DNA of 63,671 nucleotides, filler included, from Olpidium bornovanus S191 (GCA_017911155.1; 32 parts of 32 records of this genome joined end to end with filler, not necessarily neighbours in it), one strand, 5' to 3'. Shown: positions 12,208 to 24,173, numbered from the whole stretch's first letter. The notes: generated by a model not told the origin, from the letters alone. Program-made: numbers and translations.

Positions 12208-14156
12208 CATGGAGTGGCCGACGCCGATGGCGACCACGTCCCCGATCTCGTATCGGTATACCTGCAGCAGGAGGATGCGCGACGGTCAGAGCCGAACAAG
12301 CGGGCGAGGCCTTGGATTCCACTTTCTGCTGCACATTTTTGGCTGGGGGAATGGGGGAGCGGGGGCAAAGAGGAAGAACGGTGTTCAAAGAAGAGAAAGG
12401 CCCGTTCGCCGCGAACCTTGACGAGCTTGTCACTGCCACCAAGAACGAAGTACTGCCCATCGGCCGAAATATCCAGCCCGTTGATGCAATCCGATTGTGA
12501 AGCTTCGAGCTCGCGGATTAAGGACCCGTCGTACGCTTCCCAGTAAGCCACCTACGGGAACAAAACGCAAACGCGTAGCAAAGAGAGAGCTGCGTGTCAA
12601 ATTTGCGGGATGGCGGGGGGAAGGCGGGTGCGGGGGAGAGGGGGGTGGGGGTTGGTTGGGGCGGGCCCGTGGTCCCGTGAACGGATACGACGGGGAAGCA
12701 GACGCGGGGGGTTTTCTCAGAACGGACTTTGCGGTCGGTTCCCGCCGTCAGCAGCTGGTTTTCTTCCGGATAGTAGAGCACCGCCTTGAAGAACGACGGG
12801 GCGAAGAGGACCTGGTTCCGCACGAAGCGGGTGAGGTCCCAGACGATGCAGGACCCGTCGGACGACGAGCTGACGCATTCCAGGTTATTTTTTCGAAGCT
12901 GAACGCAAGTGACGGTTCCTGGTCACATTTTTTTTTTTTTCACGTGAGTTTTTTTTTATTTTTTAATTGGCGGAATCGTGACACCGGTAAGCGCCGGCGT
13001 GTTTGAGATATAAAAAACTTTTTGCGGCCTTCGCCGCTTTCGCAAAGGCAAATTCGTAGCGACGCTTCATTTTTTTTCTTTCCACGCGTAAGAAGAGGGG
13101 AGGATGGGAAGGATAAAAAGCCCCACCCCACCCTTATGCTCTTTCATTGCCGTCTCGAGGACCTGCGTCGTCCTCGTGATCTTCCACACCCGGACCTGCC
13201 CGTCCTCGCCGCCGCTGATCGCCTTGAAGTCTCCGCGGTCGTTGTACGCCTTGGACACGGCCAGGGCCGTGACGCTGCGCTTGTGGGCGTCGTTGATCTC
13301 GTACTGCAGGCGGCCGGACTGCGGGCCGAACGAGCGGATCTTCCCGTCCGTCCAGCCCGACAGGAGAGACGACCCGCTCTGCCGGAACACGATGCATTTG
13401 CACTCGAGGTTTGGCACAGTGATCCTGAGCAGCTCGCTAAAGTCCGTGGCGTTCCACACCCGGATGTCCGTGTCGGACGCCGTGGCGAATACCTCGGAAC
13501 AATTCCTTTTTTTTTTTTTTTTTTTTTTTTTGCGACCAACCCACACCCGCAAGTGACGGACGGGGTGAGGCGGGTGTGCGGGGCGGGGAGAAAGACCGGC
13601 AACCTTTCGGAGGGGGGGGGGCCACTCACAACGGAAAACAGATGTCGTTTACTTGGGAGTAATGGCAGGTCGACAACATTTCCGGCACGAAAGTCTCCAT
13701 GTCGATCTTGTAGATGTTGGAATTACCCGTGCCGGCGTATATGACGACCTTTTTCGGGGCCGACGACGCCGGCTGCGCGGCGGCGGCAGCGGCGCCCGCG
13801 TGTCCGTGCTTGCGGGCGGCGGCCGGCGCCGCTTCGCTCCCGGCGGCGGGCGCGGCGTGCTCGGGATGATCCGGTTTGTGCTCCCCCGCCGCGCCCTCCG
13901 TGCCGCCTTTCGGTTGCGTGTCAAACGTGATTGAGGTGACTTTTCCCGCCAGCTGCGCTTTCCTGCAAGCACGGAGGGGAAAGAAAAAAAAACCCCCCAT
14001 CGTTTAGATCGTCGCCCGGCGCCGGACAGAAAAAGCATGCGGGCTTCGAGCCATACTTCACGACGGAGAGTTTTCCCATCCGCAAGACGGCGATCGTGCC
14101 GTCGCCGCAGCCGACCACGATCGACTGCTTGTCGGGCGAGATCGTGGCGCAAAGGA
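12208..14156 (-). CDS. CFAP52: Cilia- and flagella-associated protein 52 (WDR16), internal-to-C-terminal exons
   Basis: CHYSQVNDICFP, FATASDTDIRVW, ELLRITVPNLEC, WTDGKIRSFGPQSGRL, ETAMKEHKG, RNQVLFAPSFF, AGTDRKVAYWEAYDGSLIRELE, GGSDKLVKV and GVGHS are all collinear with CFAP52. Confidence 0.95.
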
Positions 14157-14548
14157 NNNNNNNNNNNNNNNNNNNNNNNNNNNNNNNNNNNNNNNNNNNN
14201 TTAATTAATTAANNNNNNNNNNNNNNNNNNNNNNNNNNNNNNNNNNNNNNNNNNNNGCCCGCCCCGGAGACCAGGACTGCCACTGCGCCGCCTTCTCATA
14301 CCGCCGGCATTTTGCAGCCGGTTTCAGCCGCGCAAATGCCTGCCGGCAACACAACAAACCGCAACCCGGTCCCATGTTTGCCAACCCTGCTCCCCCCCAC
14401 CTCCGTCTCACCGGCAGCGCTCTCCGGGTTTTATGTTTGCCCATGTCCACGCGCCGATCCTGCCCGCGCTTCGGCTCCCGCCTTCTCCTAGTGCGCGTCA
14501 ATACACTAGCTACAATGGAAATGCGGCGGCTTTGTTCAACGAAATTCA

Positions 14549-14620
14549 GGTGCTGTAGTACAACGGTTAGTATGCTTCGTTGTGGCCGAAGTGATACCGG
14601 TTCGATTCCGGTCAGCGCCA
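14549..14620 (+). tRNA. tRNA-His (GTG), intronless, followed by a TTTT Pol III terminator
   Basis: Acceptor stem GGTGCTG/CAGCGCC; anticodon arm CTTCG-TTGTGGC-CGAAG (GTG at 14582-14584); T-arm ACCGG-TTCGATT-CCGGT; TTTT at 14621. Confidence 0.96.
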
Positions 14621-14829
14621 TTTTCCTTTTCGACCGTTTTCATTTGCGGTTGCGTGATATTAGAAGATAGCCCTCCGCATTTGCCTCTAAATCTCTCCTC
14701 TTCCTTCTTCCTCCGGCGGTGAGGCCCCGATCAATTCATCGATTTGCGTCCAAATAGCACCATTTTGCTTTTTACCCAGAATGAAAGCAGCGCCTATATT
14801 GATCGGCGTTTATATATTTTTTCCCGGTC

Positions 14830-15678
14830 ATATGAATGGCTGTTCAACGCCTACCTCGCATTCCGGACCGGCCGTGAACGCCCGCGAAAAAGACAAACCG
14901 CGGGGGGGATGGGACTCTGGCGGAGTTGAAGAAAAAGTTCCAAATTTCCAAAATTCTAAAAAGCTGCACCAGGGAAGCCCGGCGCCGCCTTCAGCCTTTG
15001 CCCCGCCGCCGCGCTATCCGTTGGCGATGCCTGCCGTCGGACAAAGGAAACGCCGGACGGCATCTCAGACAAACAGCTGGAAGACTACGAGATGCCCACA
15101 GTGGCCGTGTATTTCGACGCGATCTCCTCCGACCCGGATGCGCTGTTCAAAGTGAAGCGGACTCGACTCCGTTCCCCGAGTCCGTGCGAGTCCGCGCCGG
15201 GGTCGCCGCGGCCGCCGCCGGCGACGGGAGATGTCCCGGAAAGAGAGGAATGGGAGGGAGACGCCCTGGACGATGCCGAACTCTCCGCCTTCAACCGCTG
15301 CCAGGTCGGGCGCCTCCGGAAGCGCGAACGGGCCCGGTGGAACGACACCGTCGGGGGCGTGCTGGAGGCCCGCTGCGGGATGCTGTCCGCGGACAAGCGC
15401 CGAAACGTGGAGCTGGACGCGGCCGCCTACAGCTACCTCTCGTACCGGTACCGCGGCGGGCGCTCATGCTCCGCCGCCAAGAGCTGAGCCGGCTCGTCAG
15501 CGCCTACTACGGGTTAGATAAACTCCGCGGCTTCGGAGCCCCGAGCGCCGGCCGGACCGAGCTGCCGTTCACAGACCCGGAAAGGCGGTACCAGGCGGCC
15601 GGTCGGGCGAACGAGCCGGCCGAGACCGGCCGGTATTTCTGGGACGCGCAGGCGACGCGCGCGAACAGGGCGGTCTGA
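14830..15678 (+). CDS. Hypothetical protein, spliced, with an apparent single-base frameshift near 15455
   Basis: GC3-rich codons in two consecutive frames (...DAAAYSYLSYRYRG / ALMLRRQELSRLVSAYYG...); family not recognised. Confidence 0.5.
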
Positions 15679-16122
15679 CGGGAAAGGAGGAAAGAGGGGT
15701 CCGTCGCGCGGAGGCGGGTTTTTTGGAGGGCGAAACGCCTCGTCCACTTGCTTCTTCCCTCCTCCCATCCCGGCCCCCACAGAACTCCGGGCCTTCCCGC
15801 CGACGATCCGCGGATTATCAAACTTGCTGAAGCATCGCATGCAACGCAAACAACAGATGGTCGCCGTCGCATTTGCTGCAGCACCAAGCATCCCCCCCCA
15901 CCCAGCCTCAAAAAATTGCGGGGTTCCCCTCCTTCCCAGGAAAAAAAGCAACTGCCNNNNNNNNNNNNNNNNNNNNNNNNNNNNNNNNNNNNNNNNNNNN
16001 TTAATTAATTAANNNNNNNNNNNNNNNNNNNNNNNNNNNNNNNNNNNNNNNNNNNNCATGTTGGAAATCTGCAGATATTATGGCGACGGCACTACCACGC
16101 TAGTGTGTGCTATACACACCAC

Positions 16123-16667
16123 TAGTGTTGGGTTCGAGCAAGTTGAGCAAGTTGAAGTGCCAACTCGAACGGGTTGGCGAGTTGAAAATCTCAACTCCAG
16201 TTGACTCGGTGCTCACCTCGAAGTCAAGAAAACCAACTCGAGTTGGCGCTCGAGTTGGAAAAGTGGTGTTCGAGCACAGCGAGTCGAGTCGAGTTTGAGT
16301 CCGAGTTGAGCTCGGCCTTGGGCAACTAAGACACCAGAGGCAGCGTCGCCGTTGGTCAATTTTTCAGTCGGTTTGCAGGCGAATGGCGATGCAAAGAAAA
16401 CGGGGTTTGCAAAGGAAGCGGTGTTTGCTGGGGTATGCAAAGGAAGCGGCGTTTGCGTAGAAAACGCCGGTTGCTTTATTTACCGCTTTGCATAAGCCAC
16501 CAACTCGAGTTAAACTCGAGTTACGCGAGTCAGGCACAGGAGGCTGCTCGAGTTGTGTCGAGTCGAGTCCATTTCGGGCATCAAGTTGAAAATCCCAACT
16601 AGAGCACTGCCCGACTCGTGAGTTCGGGCGAGTTGCCCCGAGTTGCCCTAACTCGAAGCCAACACTA
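16123..16667. mobile_element. Complete non-autonomous hAT-type MITE, 545 bp
   Basis: 16-bp TIR TAGTGTTGG(G/C)TTCGAG with 1 mismatch; perfect 8-bp TSD CACACCAC at 16115-16122 and 16668-16675; many subterminal AACTCG/CGAGTT motifs; no transposase. Confidence 0.93.
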
Positions 16668-17042
16668 CACACCACTCTCGGTTTTGATCTAGGTCTGGAT
16701 TTTGGAGGTCACGTGACGTCGCGAATTGATGCACAGTGTGTCTAGTGGCCTCGGCGATTCTTGGGTCACGTGATTGGTGTGCCATAAGCTGCCCCCGGAG
16801 GAGAGAAGTTTGAAGCAGCCCGTAGCTTGCGCCGTGACTAATGTCCTGAAAACTTCGGGAAAAAAAGAAGCAAACGAGAAGGAAAAGCTAAGAAGAACAT
16901 TATTCGTGCCAGCCCGCCATACCAGTCAACATGAGCCTGCCCGCTGATAAGGGTTGAAAAATCAGCAACCATGAAAGCTATCTTGGGTGTGTTGACTGGG
17001 CGGTTCAATGAATTAAGCTGGTCCAAGTAATAAGTAAAAAGT

Positions 17043-17173
17043 GAAACCCAAAATGAAAAAAACCCAAACTAAAAAACCGAAACAGGAAACCCGAACGCGA
17101 AACCCAAAGGCAAAACCCAAACCCAAAACCCAAACCCCAAAACCCAAAACCCAAAACCCAACACCCAAAACCC
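17043..17173 (+). repeat. Degenerate (CCCAAA/CCCAAAA)n low-complexity repeat
   Basis: Seen directly; most regular at 17113-17173. Confidence 0.75.
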
Positions 17174-18129
17174 TTGAGTTGCGTGTGCAGTTAAGAAGGA
17201 AGGAGAGAAGGAAGAATTGTCAGCCTGCCATGGTCACCATCGTGCTGTAGCACGGCCCTCAATCCGCCCGTCGACCGACGCCACGGAAGGCGGGCGGCGG
17301 GCGAAGGGCGGCGGGCGAGGGGAGGCAGGCGAAGGGCGCAGGGCAAAGGGCAAGAGGCGGTCGAAGGGCGGCGGCGGGATCGAGGGCAGGACGGCCCCCG
17401 AACCCGAGGGCCGACCAATAGAATAGTCTCCCTCGAAGCCGGCCAATCGAAGAGCACTTCCCCCCTTCCCCTCTCGACGTCCGCCAATCGAAGAGCTTTC
17501 CCCCTTGTCCCCTTTCCCCCCCAGCGCCACACGCGGGAACCCCCGCCAACCATAACACCCCACCGCCTGCCCCCGCACCCCACCGCACGCAAAAGCTCAA
17601 AGCCCCGCGTGGTGACCGCGCGGGAAGGACCGGACGCACCACGTCGACGGACGCGATGTCNNNNNNNNNNNNNNNNNNNNNNNNNNNNNNNNNNNNNNNN
17701 NNNNTTAATTAATTAANNNNNNNNNNNNNNNNNNNNNNNNNNNNNNNNNNNNNNNNNNNNCCCCCCCCCCCCCCCCCCCCCTCCCCGCCCGGCCCGACCC
17801 GTCCGGGCGCCCTGTTTGGGCGCGTGTTAAAGTTGTATGCGCTTTAAAGGTTGTAAGGTTGGCGCCCGCGCCGGATGCTCGGCCTCTCCGCCACGCGAGC
17901 GAGCCGGCTGAGCACAAGGCCAGCACGCGTCCGGTCCCGCGGCTTGTGGGCCTGCTGAGCGGGCCCAGGTTTCAGAAACGCTCAGGACCACCGTTGGCGA
18001 CCAGAGGTTCAAGTTTTTGTTTCGCTTCGTCCGCTGCATTTGTCAAGAAACCTTCCTCTTCTCTCGGTTTCCTGATCGTCCTTTGTCCGCTGTTTCCCCC
18101 CTCCCTCCCTTGGCCCCGTCGAACCTGTC

Positions 18130-18335
18130 GAATCCCATCCGGCGTCTCGGCGTTCCGGCTCTTTGGAGAATCCCGCTAATCCGCAAAATCCCCGGCGGAT
18201 CCCCGCACATTGCGGATCCCCCGAACGTGCGGGAAACTCCGCGAAACCTGCGAAAAATCCCGCAAAACCTGCCGGGTACCGCGCGGATTCCCCCCGCGGA
18301 ATCTTGCGATTCTTCTGCGAATCCGTGAATCCGGC
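18130..18335 (+). repeat. Cluster of short AATCCS/GGATCC motifs
   Basis: About 9 dispersed copies (aatccc, aatccg, ggatcc) in 200 bp; no credible ORF. Confidence 0.55.
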
Positions 18336-19250
18336 ATTTGCAGAAGCCACGCGCCGGGACCCCACGTTGGCGGGCCGTGGCAGGGCCGCAACCGCCCGAT
18401 ACGGATTCGCGGGCCCCGGTGGCAGAAACGAGCCCTGCACCGGGGACCGGCAACCCGCACCCGCGGCGCAGCCCTACCAGTCCGCTACACCCCCTTCAAG
18501 GCGTGTGCGGCCGCCCAGCAAAAGAAAGAAAGATATTTAAATAAGGCGTAAACGCGCTTTGCACTTAACTTTTCTTTTTCTTTTGCCGGCGAAATCGGCG
18601 GAGAACGGGCCGGGGCAACCAGGGGGCGGAAAAAGTGCGGGCGGTGGAAAGCTGACCTGACAACGAGGCGAGCGCGCACACGCGCCGGGCAATGGAAGAA
18701 AAAAGAGAGAGAGAGAAAAAGAGAGAGGGAGAGGGAGAGAAAACGCGTAAGAGACGCGGTGAATTGAGATGACGGGGACCGGCAAAGTCCGCGCGAACTT
18801 CGCGCGCACAGTGTGTACCGCGCGGGTGAAGACGGGGAGGGGGAGGAGGAAGAGGGGTAACGGACCGGGCGTCCGGGCGCGCGCGTCGCGTGCCGCGGGG
18901 AGTTGCGGCCGGCTTTTTGTTTCAAGTTCTTAGCTTTTTTCAGTTTTGCGCGGACCCCGCGCTCCGCTCGAACTCTGCCGAAAACAACAGGTGCGCGCGG
19001 AGAGCGGAAGGACGCGGAGGCCCTGGGGCGGCGTGTCTCCTCGCCTCGGCGCGGCGCGCAACGGGCCCCGGTTCTTGTTGTTTTCTCGCGTGAGTCCTTT
19101 TTGCTCGTCTGGTGCTAGTGCTGCGCCCGCACGCGTCGTCGCGTCCGGGGTGTGGCCCGTTGTCTTCACCGGCCGAGGCCGCCCTTCGTTTCCCCCTCCC
19201 AGGGGACGCCTCGGACCGGACCAGTCTCGTTTCGCGAATATTCTTCTGCT

Positions 19251-19281
<31 letters not shown>

Positions 19282-19429
19282 CTGAGCGGCCGCCCCCCCC
19301 CCCCACCCCCCGCCGGGGGCCCANNNNNNNNNNNNNNNNNNNNNNNNNNNNNNNNNNNNNNNNNNNNTTAATTAATTAANNNNNNNNNNNNNNNNNNNNN
19401 NNNNNNNNNNNNNNNNNNNNNNNCATGAG

Positions 19430-20130
19430 ACAAGCGGGCAGTGATTTGCATCACGGCTGCCGTCGATTCGCGATGGAGTGGGTCTGTCATAACGGGATCA
19501 CAAGCGTGTGATCCCGGTGCCGCTTCTTCTGATTTGCTTGCAAGTTTTGGTCCGCTTGTTTGCAGGAATGTGTGTCCAGGCTTTATTCCGAGCGGCTTCA
19601 AATCTGAGACATTTTTGTGTCCAGAAAAAAAAGCGCACAGAGAGCCTTCGGGGATTCCCCGTGATTTCTGACGTAGGCTGCTTGTCTCGGCCGCAAAGTG
19701 GGCACATACTTTTTGTCATTCCTGCTTGAAGCCATCTGAGCTCTCGTGGTCTCGAAAAGTCTTCGATTTTTTTCCCCTCTACTCTTCCAAGTCTCGCGGA
19801 GAGACAGGAGCAGTTGCGACGCGGCTGGCTCCTTGCTGATCTAAATACTTGTTGAGGGCACCGGAGGTGTACTCGCCTCCTCCGCCAGATCTCAGTGCTT
19901 GCAGTTTGCGATTTTGTGGCCCGCTCCATTATCCAAGCACAGCATATATAGATAGATATATAGACTTGAACTGTAACTTCTACAGTAGCTAAATTTGTGT
20001 TTTCCTTGAAGGAATGTGGAGCGTCTGATTTTGCTGAGAAACGCCCCGACTCCGGCGGTGCAAGTCCGCAGGACCGGCAGCCAGACAGATGTAATTGCGC
20101 CCCGAACATGATGTCAGGTAGCAAGCTTTG
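19430..20130 (-). mobile_element. Degenerate Ty1/copia integrase remnant
   Basis: Across shifting frames: SRKTQI, SGGGGEYTSGALNKYL...ATAPVSP, KNRRLFETTRAQM, AAYVRN and KAWTHIPANKRTK match the copia integrase consensus (SDGGGEY, ERKNRTL, AAYVRN, CKAWVHIP); stops and frameshifts present. Confidence 0.82.
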
Positions 20131-21269
20131 GGTTCACTGCAACGGATGTTCGGAACTTTTACGGAACGATGATACAAATGATGAAGGAGAGGCGAAACAG
20201 CATTCACGGCAGTTCAGCGTCTGCGGGAGTTACCTGGCTCGGGGTTCCCCGCACGTGACCTCACGATCCCTCTCCACCGCCGGCACGCGCCGGTGGGCGG
20301 AGAGGGGGGGGGGGAAGGGGCAGGGCGTGGGAGGAAGGAGGAAGCGGGGAGTGGGTGGCAGGGATGGGGAGCGAGGATGGAGAAAGAAAAGGGGGAGGGA
20401 AGAGGGAAGAGGGAGGAGGTGAAGAAGCAGAAGCACAGCACATCCATCTCTGCTCTTTTTTCTGCCTCTCACTCTCTCCTCCTCCCCGCCCCCCGTTCCA
20501 ACCACGCCCCCGCTGCCGCCGTCCCGCAGATCCAAAAACAAAAGACGAATCCGCAAACAAAGGCAAACGCTCCCGCCCTGTCCGTCTGGCCTTCTCGACG
20601 TAACAACCCTCACGCCCCGCTTTGCCGCACGCGCGCCCGCTCCGAAAGAAACACCCCCCTATTTGCCGGCACTCCCGCCCGCCCGGGGTATAAAAGGCAG
20701 CGCCCTCCGTCGCATCCCCAAGCAGAGAGAGAGAAAGAAAAGAGGAGCGACCAGAGCAGAGCGAAATAACCCCCCCCCCCCACCTCTCCACCACAAAACC
20801 CCCCACACCNNNNNNNNNNNNNNNNNNNNNNNNNNNNNNNNNNNNNNNNNNNNTTAATTAATTAANNNNNNNNNNNNNNNNNNNNNNNNNNNNNNNNNNN
20901 NNNNNNNNNACATGGACGTGGCCGCAGCCTGTGTGCTGGCGCCCCGTAATTTTCCCGCCCTTACCTTCGCTGAGGTGCCACACACCAGAAGATACGGCTG
21001 GCCGGGACGTCTTCCTGTGGTTCCTTAGCCGTAAAAGCTGCGTTCTCGCAAAAGACCGGCGGTCCAGTCGCGACCTGGACAAGTCGTGAAACTGCGACGC
21101 TTCCCCCCCTTCCTCTTACTCTCCTTATATCCAATGACATGAGCACGTTGTAAAGTTCTATCCCGCTGGAACTAGAAAGAAGACACTCGGCGGCGGACCA
21201 CCTTCTATCAGCAAACGCACCTTCGGTCGGGGCAAGCAGCCTTGGGTGATCGAAACCCCCAGGAGGTTA

Positions 21270-21960
21270 CTTTGTCATCATCGCCGCGGCCACGGGTGCC
21301 GCCGGAGCGACCGTCCAGCTGATGACCCGCTGGGCGGAACTGATCCACGCCCCTCACGATCCTCTTCGCGGGGGCGTGTCGACGACCCGCCAACGCCGCC
21401 GGATCGCCATACGAGGGAAGGGGGAGGGGGGTCCGGGGGAAATCCCGGCGAAGTCGACCATCCGACGACGTCGCGTGCACGCAGAGGCCTTCAGCGCGGT
21501 TGTGACGTCACCGAACAAGTTTGCGTGTGTAAAACCCTGGCCACACTCGGCCAGGGCCGCGACCCGTACGACACCGCCCCGCTCAGGCCGCACAATGGTT
21601 GTGGCCGCGCGTAACCTGCGGGGCACCACCCGTCTGTCCACCAAAGACCACCGGTGCCGGTTCCTGTCTCCCACCAAGGTGCGGGCCCTCTAGAAACCCG
21701 GACAAAACGTGGATCCCTACAGCGACAGGGCCTTCCCCAACGCTCCTCCTATTCTCCCGCAGCTTCACCGTTGACAAGCGCGTGGATCCACGGGCCGCCC
21801 GACCAGGTCCGACATCTGGTGCAGCACCAGCTTCGGGCGAGCTGCTCCCGGCCACTGGCCGCACGCACGCGTCGGCGCGCGCCTCGGCCTTCCGCGCACG
21901 TCGGCAAGGAAAGTATGAGAAGTGCGACGCGATGTGATATGCGCCTTGGCAACCCCGTGC
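21270..21960 (+). mobile_element. Possible highly decayed Ty3/gypsy integrase region
   Basis: Weak collinear echoes only (TGAAGATVQLMTRW; VVTSPNKFACVKP; DHRCRFLS; SSYSPAAS; PGHWPHA..LPRTS). Confidence 0.3.
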
Positions 21961-22217
21961 CGAAGCCCCAGTGTTTTTGACCTTCTAGCCTTTCGACATG
22001 CGAACACCGCGGCGGTGCGCGGGTTTCGTCTTCGCCCTCGTGATAAAAAGGGCGACGCCGAGAAGTTTGGTTATTGGGATAATTTCGAACGTTCAGGCGA
22101 GTGGGGCGTGTCTTCAANNNNNNNNNNNNNNNNNNNNNNNNNNNNNNNNNNNNNNNNNNNNTTAATTAATTAANNNNNNNNNNNNNNNNNNNNNNNNNNN
22201 NNNNNNNNNNNNNNNNN

Positions 22218-24173
22218 AAACGTCGCGCTAAGACGCGAAGAACCGGAAGCGGCACGCGGGATACCGACCGGGGGCTTGCTCCTGGAAGAGGCCTGCAACC
22301 GCGGGGGGCCGCTGTCCTCTCCCGCGAGCGCGTCCATGGGCTTAAGACCCTCTGGTTTGTCCCTGCAGATGTTCATGAATTGAAGAAGGAAGTCCCGATC
22401 GTACCGGTACCGGTGGTACTTCGTGCTCGGCGTCGTCGGATTTTTCATGCCATCAGGGTACGAAATTCCGTCGAACGAATCAAGTCTCTTTATGTCCCCG
22501 GCCCGGGCCCGGGCGACGTCAATGTTCGCCGGAGCGCCCTTCCTGCCAGTGCGCTCTTCTTTGGATGACGACGGCGGAGGGGCAGTTGATGTATCGACAG
22601 CACGAATCTCCCCGTCGTCAAGTTCGTCAGCTGGCAGTTTCGCCTTCGCCGATATTTCAGAGTTTTGTGTGGTGGAAATACTCTCCGCCTTCCGAAGGCT
22701 CGGCGCCTCGACCTCCTTGTCCTTGCCATCGCTGGGAACCGGTGCAAGCGTTTTATCAATATTTGCCGCATCCGCGGCCGGCTCCGCCACCATTGCAGAA
22801 GGCGACTTTTCGATTTTCGCAAAAGCTTCGGGCACGTCCTCGGGCTTAAAATCGGACTCCGCCTCGAACTTTGTTGGCCAATCCGCGGGGGGTTTTTCCG
22901 GCTCGGAGCCAGCGCGGACTGAAGACTTGGCACAAACCAATGGAACTTCAAGCTTCGCGGTTTGCGCAGCGGGACGCGATGGGGAAGGCTCTCGCCGCGA
23001 AAACGATGGATCCCGCCGCGAGGGAGCTGGTTCCTCCCGAGAGGATGAGGGTTCCCGTCGAGAAGGGGATGCTTCCCGCGTAGAAGGGGATGGTTCCTGC
23101 TGCGGAAAGGCTGGTTCCTCAGGCAAGGGCGGAGATTCCCCCCGGACGAGTGAGGGTTCCCGCCTTGCCGTGACGGGTTCCGGTCGCGACAATGAGGGTT
23201 CCTGCCGCGACTGGGAGGCTTCCGGCCGAGACGGTGAGGGTTCCCGCCGCGACTGGGAAGGTTCCGGCCGAGACGGGGAGGGTTCCCGCCGCGACTGGGA
23301 AGGTTCCGGCCGAGACGGGGAAGGTTCCCGCCGCGACTGGGAAGGTTCCGGCCGAGACGGGGAGGGTTCCCGCCGCGACTGGGAGAGTTCCGGCCGTGAC
23401 GGCGAGGGTTCCCGTGGCGACTGGGAGGGTTCCTGTCGCGAAATGGTCGGCTCCTGCCGCGGGGGTGATGGTTCCCGACGCAATGGATTGGGCTCCCGAC
23501 CCAAAGGCAAGGACACTTCGTGACTAAGACAAGGTTCCCGAGAGGGAGAAGTCTCCCGACCAGTAGGAGAAGGATGGCGCTAAAAGGTTCACAAATAAAA
23601 GATGTTGGCATATTCGGGTTCCGATAAGCTAGAACGCTAAGACGGACAACCTCAAACGAAACGTGCCGACGACACACCTTCTCTTCGTCGGCCTTCTTGA
23701 CCTGGGGAACAGCAGGTTCGGCCTACTCAAACGATGCGCCTCACGGTTAACCGCACGCCAAAACAATGGGAGAGAAGACAAGCAATCAACGGATATCAAC
23801 GCACTTTCTCGTCAGAAGCATTCGACACCGGAGCGATAATCGCGGAGGGCGCCGCCTCGGAAGGCCCCTCAGCCGCCGGCCTGGGCGGTGCGGGACTCGC
23901 GTCCTTACCCGGCGGCTTCCTGATTTCGAGGGCCTTGCTTTGCCTATGCCCATTATTCGCCCGCGGAGTAACCGGGGACTTGGGTTGCTCCGCAGGAAAC
24001 TGCTGCTGGTGTTGCTGGGCAGCGTTGTTCGCAAAGCTTTTTAATTCGCCAGTCTTAGGATCGTTTATTTTGATGCGCGTGTTGCGTGGCAGAACGAATT
24101 CCGAGGGCTTCGGTTGCGAGGGTGGCGTGGGCATTGGCGGAAACTGGATCGGCGGACCATAGGGACCTGGCAT
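22218..24173 (-). CDS. TIF4631: Translation initiation factor eIF4G, N-terminal/middle part, truncated at both ends
   Basis: YRYDRDFLLQFMNICRDKP is the eIF4E-binding YxxxxLphi motif; fungal N-terminal PRNTRIKINDPKTGE motif; downstream RS-rich region leads toward MIF4G. Confidence 0.9.
23198..23449 (-). repeat. Coding 42-bp (14-aa) tandem repeat, about 6 copies, SPSRPEPSQSRREP, within a wider 7-aa EPSPSR repeat region (about 22980-23560)
   Basis: Units read directly at 42-bp spacing from 23198. Confidence 0.95.

Noticed and set aside
22423-23677. Long overlapping ORFs (366 aa on +, 395 aa on -) across eIF4G
   Set aside because: Shadow frames of a GC-rich repetitive coding region; only the EPSPSR frame carries the eIF4E-binding motif.
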